The position numbers and the translations under genes were made by a program. From contig NC_009073.1 in NCBI RefSeq assembly GCF_000015805.1, forward strand, positions 1,260,001-1,292,000: 32,000 nucleotides of DNA, given 5' to 3'. Shown piece by piece: positions 15,478-22,823 of this stretch; the first letter of the stretch is position 1, and each line of letters starts with the position of its first letter. This DNA comes from Pyrobaculum calidifontis JCM 11548 (GTDB lineage: Archaea; Thermoproteota; Thermoprotei; Thermoproteales; Thermoproteaceae). The notes below the pieces were generated by a model. It did no database searches, was not told the DNA's origin, and saw only the letters and a program-made list of their open reading frames with translations.

Positions 15478-16138
15478 AGCAACGCCTTCTTCAACGTCCT
15501 CAGTATGGCCTCTCTGAGAGCCTCCTCGCTGTTGTACATCAGCGGGTCGATCTTGGACAGCTGAGCCGCCACGTCTGAGAGGCCGAAGTTTTTCTCAAGC
15601 CACGTGGAGAAGTCGTTTCTCCCAGCCCCCTCCAAGACTCTCCTAGTGACAAAGTGGTACACTATCGACTCCCCCGGCACTACCTCTAGCAGGTCTAGAA
15701 AGTCGGCAAGGGTGTGCGCCACGTGGTCTGTCTCCACTACGACGGGCTCCATGCCTACGAAGATGAACTTCTCTCTGCCGGCTCTCTCGTCGGCTCTTGG
15801 CTCTAGGATCTCCACTATCTCTTTGCGGATGTCCTCGAGGGTGGCGGGCTCTGCGCCAGATATGTCGGACAGCTCGGCGGCCAAGTCCTCGTCGCCTACC
15901 TCCTCCCCCACCCACCGGGCGAAGTCGTTGGTGTACTTGGGGGTATTAGGTGCTTTGTCCTAATGGTGTGGAAGAGGTGGTGGAATAAGACGCGGCTGTC
16001 CGCCGCCTTTATTCCCTCCAAAAGCTGGCGGAGGGTCTTGGCCTGCATCCCGCTGTAGAGAGAGACGTAGTACGCCGTGTAGAACTTGAAGGGAATGCCG
16101 TTGCCCCTTGTGTCTAACGACTTGGCGTCTAGCCTCAC
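15474..16138 (-). pseudogene. Conserved-looking gene of unknown function upstream of treT, split by a frameshift (or two overlapping ORFs)
   Basis: ORF A (16138-15896) ends ...FHTIRTKHLIPPSTPTTSPGGWGRR*. The other frame is open from 15959 and reads DKAPNTPKYTNDFARWVGEEVGDEDLAAELSDI... through to the ATGA overlap with treT. Both frames are open only across 15899-15959, which contains a G5 run (15939-15943) and a T3 run (15954-15956). Confidence 0.55.
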
Positions 16139-16166
16139 GCCTCTTACCCAGCCCCGGTATATAAGC

Positions 16167-16379
16167 TTAAAAGTAGTGGTTGAGCGGCGCGGCTTTTATC
16201 TCGCTACGCCTAGGCGCAAAGCTGTAGCACTTGTTCCCCGTGTAGGGGGACACGGCCACGGCCATGGGTCTCCGCTCTACGCCGTGCGGGAAGCGGAACG
16301 CCACCTCTACCACTTGGTACTCCGCTGTGGTGAAGCTCTTCCCCACGGCTATGTCGAAGAACTTGAGCGGCCTTTTCAC
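16167..16379 (-). CDS. Hypothetical small protein (about 70 aa)
   Basis: The ORF has ordinary amino-acid composition (VKRPLKFFDIAVGKSFTTAEYQVVEVAFRFPHGV...). GTG 16379 lies about 23 nt downstream of TATATAAG (16406-16399 on the minus strand). No family was recognised. Confidence 0.35.
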   Translation of the reverse strand: MKRPLKFFDIAVGKSFTTAEYQVVEVAFRFPHGVERRPMAVAVSPYTGNKCYSFAPRRSEIKAAPLNHYF

Positions 16380-16465
16380 ATCTCCCTCTGGGCAACCACT
16401 TATATACACATCGCTTAACTGCGTCGGCGGCGTTAACTCTTATTAATATGTGTGGCGCCTCTGAC

Positions 16466-17062
16466 ATGGACATTTGGACCTATCTCTTCCATGTAGTTGC
16501 CGCGGTGGCTGTAGTGGCGGTGGGGTTTGTCTTGGGGAGAGTGGTGAAGAGGCTTCTGGAGCGGGGGCTGGCTAGGCTCGGCTTTAATGACTGGTTTAGA
16601 AATTTCAATATTGGCAGGGCGCTTCTCCGCTCCGGCTACACGGCGGGCGAGTTCTTCGGCTCCCTCACGGCGTGGCTTATCTACATAACGTCCATCTTGC
16701 TGGCCGTCGCCTACCTGGGCTTTGCCTTTGACAGCCCGTGGCTCTACCGGTGGGCCCTCGACATGGTCAACGTCTACGTGTATGGGTTTGTGAAATTCTT
16801 CGTCATTGCCCTCGTGGGCTTTATCCTCGTGGACGGGTTTGTTGAGTACATTTACAAGGGGGCCATCTTTAGGGTGGAGTCCGTCATAGGCCCCGTGGCT
16901 GAGTACATCAGGATTATCCTCTACCTCGTGGTAATAACCTTCGCCCTTGAGCAAGGGGGGATAAACGTCGCCACCCTCAGCGCAATGCTTACGCCGATAA
17001 CCTGGGGCCTCGCCGTGGCAGTAGTGGCGGTGCTGGTGCTGGAGGCTCTTAAGAGGAAATGA
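16466..17062 (+). CDS. Small polytopic membrane protein, candidate mechanosensitive-channel-like (conserved TM-helix type) protein
   Basis: Four to five TM helices. ATGA overlap with the following glycosyltransferase. Context matches the GT/MSC/TPSP trio described in Thermoproteus tenax. ATG 16466 is preferred because TTATTAATAT lies at 16439-16448. Confidence 0.55.
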   Translation: MDIWTYLFHVVAAVAVVAVGFVLGRVVKRLLERGLARLGFNDWFRNFNIGRALLRSGYTAGEFFGSLTAWLIYITSILLAVAYLGFAFDSPWLYRWALDMVNVYVYGFVKFFVIALVGFILVDGFVEYIYKGAIFRVESVIGPVAEYIRIILYLVVITFALEQGGINVATLSAMLTPITWGLAVAVVAVLVLEALKRK

Positions 17063-18276
17063 ACATAGCCGTAGTGGCGCCTGAGACCTCCGCGTGGGAG
17101 GACGAGTACAGGGCCGGCGTCATCCTCGTCAAGGCCCTCGCCCGGCTGGGCCACAGGGCGTGGCTCGTGGCCAGCATATTCCACGAGGGGAGACCCGCCG
17201 TGGACCCCGACACGGTGGAAAAGAGCGTGGATGGGTTTGTGGAAGTGGAGAGGGACCCCTCCGGCGTGCCCGCCATACGGGTCTTGAGCGCCAGGCCCCT
17301 CCTCCCCGGGGGCAGGGCCTCGCTTAGGAGCTTCGCCAAGGTGCTCATGTCTCTTGAAGAGAGGCTGGGACTAGACGCGGTGGTTGTTCTGTCGAGTTTT
17401 TGGAATGGCCCCGAGGAGGTTGCCAAGTGGGCCGCCGTGAGGAGGGCCCTGGTAGAGGCTGGCGAGACCTCGAAGAGGGCCGCCTTTGTCTACGTGCCCC
17501 TGTACTTTCCCAGGACGAGCCGCCTGGGTCCCCTCGAGAGGACTTCGAGGGCCATGTGGGCCTCCGTGGCTCTGCCAGAGGTTCTACGCACCGCAGACGG
17601 CGTGGTAGTCTGCTGTAGAGCTGAGGCGGAGGAGCTTAGGCGCGCGAAAAGGATCGTGGAGAGCGCGGCGTGGGTCGACCCAGACGTGGCCGAGGCCGTC
17701 GCCACTGCGAGGCCTCTAGACGTGGAGGGCTTTGACCACGTGGTGGCATACGTGGGCCCTCTAGAGGAGGAGAGGAACGTGAAGGCTTTGGTTAAGCTGG
17801 CCGACAGACTGGCCGGCGTGGCTGCGGTCGCAGTGGCGGGCGCGGGGAGCTGGGAAGAGAGACTTAGGAGGGAGGCGGCTAGGCGTAGGAACCTCCTAGT
17901 GCTTGGCCCCCTCTCGCTGGGGGAGCTGGCCGGCCTCATGACGAAGGCCACGGCGGCCGTTGACTTTTCCTTTTACGAGCCGGCGGCTTTTAGGGCCCAA
18001 GAGTTTCTCTACGCTGGCGTCCCGGTGGCGGCATCGCCGGGATCAAAGGCGGCGTGGTATATCTCAGACGGCGTAGAGGGGATCCACTTGAGGAATCCCG
18101 ACGACGTCGAAGCTGCGGCGCGCTGGGTCGCAGAGTTGGCAAGGCGGCCGGAAGTGTGGGAAGAAATGAAGAAGAGGGCCAGGGCGCGGGGGGAGGGCCT
18201 CGTGGCCATTGCCACTGCTAAGGCTGTGGCGAAGTTGGCCGAAGAGATTTTGACAGGCGGGTCAAGAGCTCCCTAA
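17059..18276 (+). CDS. GT4-family glycosyltransferase, candidate TPSP-activating partner
   Basis: GT-B architecture with an EX7E motif (YEPAAFRAQEFLYAGVPV). Adjacent to TPSP. Confidence 0.75.
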   Translation: MNIAVVAPETSAWEDEYRAGVILVKALARLGHRAWLVASIFHEGRPAVDPDTVEKSVDGFVEVERDPSGVPAIRVLSARPLLPGGRASLRSFAKVLMSLEERLGLDAVVVLSSFWNGPEEVAKWAAVRRALVEAGETSKRAAFVYVPLYFPRTSRLGPLERTSRAMWASVALPEVLRTADGVVVCCRAEAEELRRAKRIVESAAWVDPDVAEAVATARPLDVEGFDHVVAYVGPLEEERNVKALVKLADRLAGVAAVAVAGAGSWEERLRREAARRRNLLVLGPLSLGELAGLMTKATAAVDFSFYEPAAFRAQEFLYAGVPVAASPGSKAAWYISDGVEGIHLRNPDDVEAAARWVAELARRPEVWEEMKKRARARGEGLVAIATAKAVAKLAEEILTGGSRAP

Positions 18277-20452
18277 GCCTTTTGTAGGAAGGGACGTAGT
18301 ACTTGGCCGCCGTCTCGCCCCTCCCCACTTTGACGGTGTACGCCGTGGGGGGCAACGCCTTGAACATATCCTCGTCTGTGGCGTCGTCGCCCGCCGCGAG
18401 TACAAAGTCGGGGTTTAGCTTCTCCACCAACAGCCTGGCCGCAGCCCCCTTGTTCACGCCTGCCGGCCTTACCTCCACTACCTTGTTACCCTTTAAAACT
18501 GCAGCGGTTGTCCCCGCGAGGAGTCCCCCGAGGGCTTCTATGAGCCTCGCCGCAATGGCCTCCCCCACCTCTGGCTCTACATTTCTATAGTGCCACGCTA
18601 TGGAGGACTGCTTCTCCTCCACGTAGGACCCCGGAGCCAGCTCTGCGAACTCCTCCATGACGCGTCTAACGGCGGCCTTCCACTCTGTGTCAAATGGGAA
18701 AATCTGCACCCAGTTCCCATCGCTGTGTCTTATAAACGCGCCGTGCTCGGCCACAATGTATATCGGCAGATTGCCCAGCCAAGCCTCTAGAAACTCCTTC
18801 CCCCTCCCGCTGACCACGGCCACATGTGTCTCGGGGTGCGCCGCTAGCTCTCTTAAGAGGGCTAGGAGCTCTGCGTCGGGCACTGCTTGATAGGCGTAGG
18901 GGTAGTGGGGCACCAGCGTCCCGTCGTAGTCGAGCAGTAGGAGGCGACGGGCGGCCGCAGAGAAGGCGGCGGCGATGGACTCGGCGGTTTTTCCGTCCAC
19001 GGGCGCCGCGGCGGGCTGGGCGGCCTCTTGGGCCTCTAGGTGGGCCTCGGCCAGGGCGTGGATGAAGTCGACTGCCCATCTCACCACGTCGTGTTGCCTA
19101 ATGCGCTCCTGCATCGCCTCTATCCGCCTACACTGCTCCTCTTCGCTCATGGTGAGCGCCCGCTTTATTGCGGCGGCTACGCCGCCCTCGTCGTTTGGGT
19201 TTACAATAAGCGCTTGGAGCAACTCGTGGGCTGCCCCCGCCGTCTCGCTGAGTATTAAGACGCCTGTGCAGTTCCTCCTCGACGCCACGTATTCCTTGGC
19301 CACTAGATTCATGCCATCTCTCAGGGGGGTTATCAGCGCCACGTCTGCCACGTTGTACAAGGCGAGTAGCGTGGGGGTGGGGATAAAGCGGTAGATGTAC
19401 ACCACTGGGGTCCAGTCCACTTCGCCGAGTTCCCCGTTTATCCTCCCCACTTCTCGCTCAATCTCCCTCTTCATGGCCTCGTACTGCGGCACGCCGGTTC
19501 TAGACGGCGTAACCACCATGATGAAAGTGGCCTTGCCCCTCCACTCGGGGTTCTCCTTCAGAAACCTCTCCCACGCCCTGAGCCTATTTAAATTGCCCTT
19601 GGTGTAGTCCAGCCTGTCTATTGAAAACACTATCTTCAGCCCCCTTAGCCTCTGCCTAAACTCCTTTATCATCGCCGCCACGTCTTCGCGCAGAGAGGAG
19701 TTGTAGAAGAAGTCGAAGTCTATGCTTATGGGGAAGGCCCCCACTTTCACCTTCCTCCTCCCGGCGTATACGGCGCCGGCCTCGGCCTTGTAGCCCAGGA
19801 ACTTGGCCACGGACCTCAAGAAGTTGTTAACGTACTCGTGGACGTGGAACCCCACGAGGTCTGCCCCCAGCACTCCGTCGAGTATTGCCGACCTCCACGG
19901 CGGTGGCATGAGCTGGAAGACCTCCGCCGGCGGGAAGGGTATGTGGAGAAAGAAGCCGACGGCCGCGTCGGGGGCCGCGTCGCGGATGATGGCCGGCAGG
20001 AGCATTAAGTGGTAGTCGTGCACCCAGACTATGTCCCCAGGCTCCACGAGGGGCAGGACGACCTCTGCAAACTTCTGGTTGACTCTAACATAGGCGTCCC
20101 AAAACCTCCCCTCAAAGACGGTATACACGATAAGGCCGTGGAAGAGGGGCCAGAGAGTGGAGTTGCAAAACCCCTCGTAGAAGAGGTTCACCTCCTCCCC
20201 CGCAAGCGGCACAGTCACAAGCCCCATCTCCCTCAGCCTGCCCCGCACCTCCTCCGTCTCCGCCTCAGCCCTCAACCCCGACCACCCCACCCACACCACC
20301 TCCGAGAGGCCAAGCGCCTTACCCCCCTCCACTGCGCGGAGAAAAGAGCGCACCGCCGTGGCCAAGCCCCCCACGGCCTCCCTAATCTCATACGCCCCAT
20401 CTCTCTGCACTACGGACACGGGGAGGCGGTTAGATACAATAACAAGCTTCAC
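18218..20452 (-). CDS. tpsp: Bifunctional trehalose-6-phosphate synthase/phosphatase (TPS-TPP fusion, TPSP)
   Basis: N-terminal GT20 domain (VIVSNRLPV, WVHDYHLMLLP, GFFLHIPFPP, INGELG). C-terminal HAD phosphatase (LLLDYDGTLV, VVSGR, GDDATDEDMF). The longest ORF starts at ATG 20473, which lies inside the TATA box. GTG 20452 (VKLVIVSNRLP) is 24-28 nt downstream of it. Confidence 0.9.
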   Translation of the reverse strand: MKLVIVSNRLPVSVVQRDGAYEIREAVGGLATAVRSFLRAVEGGKALGLSEVVWVGWSGLRAEAETEEVRGRLREMGLVTVPLAGEEVNLFYEGFCNSTLWPLFHGLIVYTVFEGRFWDAYVRVNQKFAEVVLPLVEPGDIVWVHDYHLMLLPAIIRDAAPDAAVGFFLHIPFPPAEVFQLMPPPWRSAILDGVLGADLVGFHVHEYVNNFLRSVAKFLGYKAEAGAVYAGRRKVKVGAFPISIDFDFFYNSSLREDVAAMIKEFRQRLRGLKIVFSIDRLDYTKGNLNRLRAWERFLKENPEWRGKATFIMVVTPSRTGVPQYEAMKREIEREVGRINGELGEVDWTPVVYIYRFIPTPTLLALYNVADVALITPLRDGMNLVAKEYVASRRNCTGVLILSETAGAAHELLQALIVNPNDEGGVAAAIKRALTMSEEEQCRRIEAMQERIRQHDVVRWAVDFIHALAEAHLEAQEAAQPAAAPVDGKTAESIAAAFSAAARRLLLLDYDGTLVPHYPYAYQAVPDAELLALLRELAAHPETHVAVVSGRGKEFLEAWLGNLPIYIVAEHGAFIRHSDGNWVQIFPFDTEWKAAVRRVMEEFAELAPGSYVEEKQSSIAWHYRNVEPEVGEAIAARLIEALGGLLAGTTAAVLKGNKVVEVRPAGVNKGAAARLLVEKLNPDFVLAAGDDATDEDMFKALPPTAYTVKVGRGETAAKYYVPSYKRLRELLTRLSKSLRPTSPQP

Positions 20453-20472
20453 GTTCCCCCCACTTGAACGCA

Positions 20473-20480
20473 TTTATAAG
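20473..20480. promoter_or_regulatory. Single TATA element (TTTATAAG / CTTATAAA) shared by divergent tpsp and methyltransferase genes
   Basis: It is the only A/T-rich element in the 45-nt gap between GTG 20452 (minus strand) and ATG 20498 (plus strand), 22-28 nt from each start. Confidence 0.55.
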
Positions 20481-20497
20481 GAATTTGAGGCGGGGCC

Positions 20498-21043
20498 ATG
20501 GAGATTGAGCGCTTCGACGAGAGGACCGCCGCGTTCTACGAGTGGCTGGTGAAGCTCCGGGTCTTCGACTGGGCATACTCCGCCGCCGCCAAGGCCGTGG
20601 CCAAGGTGGCCAAGCCGGGCGGGCGCGTGTTGGAGATTGGGCCAGGCACCGGGGCCCTTATGAAGCGGCTAGAGGCCGCCGGGTACCGCGTAGTGGGCGT
20701 AGACATCTCGCCGCCAATGCTCAAATACGCCAGGAAGAGGGGGGCGGGGGACCCCCTCGCCGGCGCCAGCTTCGCCCTGCCGCTGAGGGGGGCCGCCTTC
20801 GACGCCGCCGTCGCCCTCTTCACGCTACACCACTGGGGCCCCCACGGCCCCTCCGCGGACGAGGTAAAGAGAGCCCTCAGGCCTGGGGCCTACTTCGTGG
20901 CCATAGAGGTGGACAAAGCGAGGATGCCCCTAGTGGGTAGCCACGGCTGTACACAGAGGTGTCTAGAGGAGGTATTGTCGGATTTCGACGTGGTGGTGGA
21001 GAGGAGGTTCCCGCTCCTAGTGGCCTACGCCAAGACGCGCTAG
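20498..21043 (+). CDS. Class I SAM-dependent methyltransferase
   Basis: Motif I VLEIGPGTGAL, then GVDISPPML, and post-I/II strands of a Rossmann-type methyltransferase. Confidence 0.85.
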   Translation: MEIERFDERTAAFYEWLVKLRVFDWAYSAAAKAVAKVAKPGGRVLEIGPGTGALMKRLEAAGYRVVGVDISPPMLKYARKRGAGDPLAGASFALPLRGAAFDAAVALFTLHHWGPHGPSADEVKRALRPGAYFVAIEVDKARMPLVGSHGCTQRCLEEVLSDFDVVVERRFPLLVAYAKTR

Positions 21044-21064
21044 GTTGGCAAAACGCTTATATTT

Positions 21065-21319
21065 ATGGAGAATTTTTCGTGTGTGGAAATTGTAGAAATG
21101 GATTCCAACGGGAGGATATACCTCCCCGTCTCAATTAGGAGGAGGCTTAAGGCCAGGAGGTTTAGGGCCTTCGTACAGGGAGATAGGCTGGTCCTCGTCC
21201 CCATAGAGTTGGAAGAGCTGTACGGGGCCTTCGCGCCTGCCCTCTACCAAACCGCGGAGGAGATAGACAGAGCTGTGGAGGAGGAGTCGGCAAGGGCCGT
21301 GGGCGGTGATATACGTTGA
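21065..21319 (+). CDS. vapB: AbrB-type antitoxin (VapB-like)
   Basis: SNGRIYLPVSIRRRLKARRFRAFVQGDRLVLVPI. Overlaps the following PIN gene. The true start may be GTG 21083 or ATG 21098, because GCTTATATTT abuts ATG 21065. Confidence 0.7.
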   Translation: MENFSCVEIVEMDSNGRIYLPVSIRRRLKARRFRAFVQGDRLVLVPIELEELYGAFAPALYQTAEEIDRAVEEESARAVGGDIR

Positions 21320-21656
21320 CGTCAACGCCATCTACTACTTCCTAACGGCGCATCCGCAGTACGGGCCACGGGCAAAGAGACTGTTTCAACAGTACATCGG
21401 CGAGTTGGCGACCTCCGCCCTAACCCCCTGGCTAATGTTCGTACTCGCGAAAAACCCAAAAGCCGCCGAAGCCGTCCTCCAGCTAGCCGACATACTGCCC
21501 CTCACCGCCGACATTTACACCTTAGCCCTCCAGCTCGAAAAGCCACGCGACTTTGAAGACAGACTCCACTATGCCACCATGAAGAAGCACGGGATAAAGA
21601 AGATTATCAGCAACGACAAAGACTTCGACGGCCTAGACGTAGAAAGGATCTTCTAA
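21306..21656 (+). CDS. vapC: PIN-domain toxin (VapC-like)
   Basis: N-terminal IYVDVNAIYYFL and C-terminal IISNDKDFDGL acidic motifs. 14-nt overlap with vapB. Confidence 0.8.
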   Translation: MIYVDVNAIYYFLTAHPQYGPRAKRLFQQYIGELATSALTPWLMFVLAKNPKAAEAVLQLADILPLTADIYTLALQLEKPRDFEDRLHYATMKKHGIKKIISNDKDFDGLDVERIF

Positions 21657-21687
21657 AAAGTGGGAAAAAGTCTTATTAAAATGAGAC

Positions 21688-22761
21688 CTACCTGCGCCTC
21701 CTCAGCGCCCAAATGCCCACTCCGACGATGACTACGGCTACCACAGCCGCTAGCGTCCACGTCAATGCACTGTCCCACTGACCTGCGGACGTGGGAGCGG
21801 CGGTTTGTTGCGGCGCGTGGGGTTGCGTTGTGGTGCCAGTAGCCACGCTGGTCTTAGCCGCTGTGAACTGTGCGGCTATTTTCTCTATGACTCTGGCAAG
21901 AGTGTCGATGTAGCTGTTGGCAAAGCTTTCCGCCACTATTTTCGGGTTGCTCACCCCGGCCTCCTCGACTTTTTGAATGAATTGGTCCACGATTCTGGGC
22001 CTCTCTCCGCTCACATACGCCGCTAACGCAGGTGCGCCCTCCTTCACGTACTGTATAGCCTTTTCCAAGTCCTGGGGGGTCGGGGGCACTCCCGCCTCTT
22101 TTACTAAGACCACTATATCTCTATACCCGAGCCAGTAGAGTATGTACTGGGCGGCCGGCGTAATTGCCACAGCCATCCCGGTGAACTTACCCGCATAAGT
22201 CTTGTTCAACTCCTCCAGCCTCTGCAGAAACCGCTGGTCGGGGCTGAGGCCGGTGGCTTCAGACACTGCGCGTATGAGCCTTACGACGTTGGGCGGGTAG
22301 AGCCCGTGCTCGTGCATGTTCACACTGCCATGCTCCTCGTGGCTGTACCCTTCGCCTCCATGGTGATGGTCGTGTTCATGGTTGTGGTCCTCCTCTAGGC
22401 GCACCTCTTTTCCGTCGAAGGTTAAGAAGGTGTACAGCTGCGTGATGTCTATCATCTTGGCCCTGATCTCGCCCCTTTTCACCATCTCAGCGATCTTTAG
22501 CTCAAAGGGCGCGTGCATCGAGCTCACAATGACGTCGCTTGGCCCCAGCGACTTGAGAAACTCGAGGTCTTGCGGCGTGAGTTGATACTCGTGCGGATCC
22601 GCGGCGCCCCTCGTCAAGAGGATTACCTCCACCTGCGGGAACGCCTCCTTGAGCACCACGTTGTACGCGGGGAACGACACCACGATCTTTGCCCCATGCA
22701 CAGCCACCGCCAGCAGAGCCGCCAGTGCGAGGTAGACCGAGAACCGTTTTTCGATCGGCAT
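21688..22761 (-). CDS. znuA: ZnuA/TroA-like metal (probably zinc) ABC substrate-binding protein with a His-rich loop and a C-terminal membrane anchor
   Basis: Signal-like N-terminus from ATG 22761 (MPIEKRFSVYLALAALLAVAVHG). His/Asp/Glu loop EEDHNHEHDHHHGGEGYSHEEHGSVNMHEHG. C-terminal Thr/Pro/Gln linker, TM helix and RRRR. The longer ORF (to 22893) overlaps nreA and ignores the TATA at 22789-22782. Confidence 0.85.
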   Translation of the reverse strand: MPIEKRFSVYLALAALLAVAVHGAKIVVSFPAYNVVLKEAFPQVEVILLTRGAADPHEYQLTPQDLEFLKSLGPSDVIVSSMHAPFELKIAEMVKRGEIRAKMIDITQLYTFLTFDGKEVRLEEDHNHEHDHHHGGEGYSHEEHGSVNMHEHGLYPPNVVRLIRAVSEATGLSPDQRFLQRLEELNKTYAGKFTGMAVAITPAAQYILYWLGYRDIVVLVKEAGVPPTPQDLEKAIQYVKEGAPALAAYVSGERPRIVDQFIQKVEEAGVSNPKIVAESFANSYIDTLARVIEKIAAQFTAAKTSVATGTTTQPHAPQQTAAPTSAGQWDSALTWTLAAVVAVVIVGVGIWALRRRR

Positions 22762-22766
22762 GAGCA

Positions 22767-22800
22767 CCCTACAAATTTCCATTTTTAAATGTTGTGCACA
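22767..22800 (-). promoter_or_regulatory. znuA-like gene promoter: TGTGCACA, then TTTAAAAATGGAAA, then TAGGG, then ATG
   Basis: Minus-strand reading: CTGTGCACAACATTTAAAAATGGAAATTTGTAGGGTGCTC-ATG. The TATA block starts 28 nt upstream of the ATG. Confidence 0.6.
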
Positions 22801-22823
22801 GCACCTCGTAGTACACGCAGTCA

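Noticed and set aside
15930-15962. Programmed -1 ribosomal frameshift as the explanation for the split gene upstream of treT
   Set aside because: There is no canonical X XXY YYZ slippery heptamer and no obvious downstream stimulatory structure. A homopolymer indel (G5 run or T3 run) is the simpler explanation.
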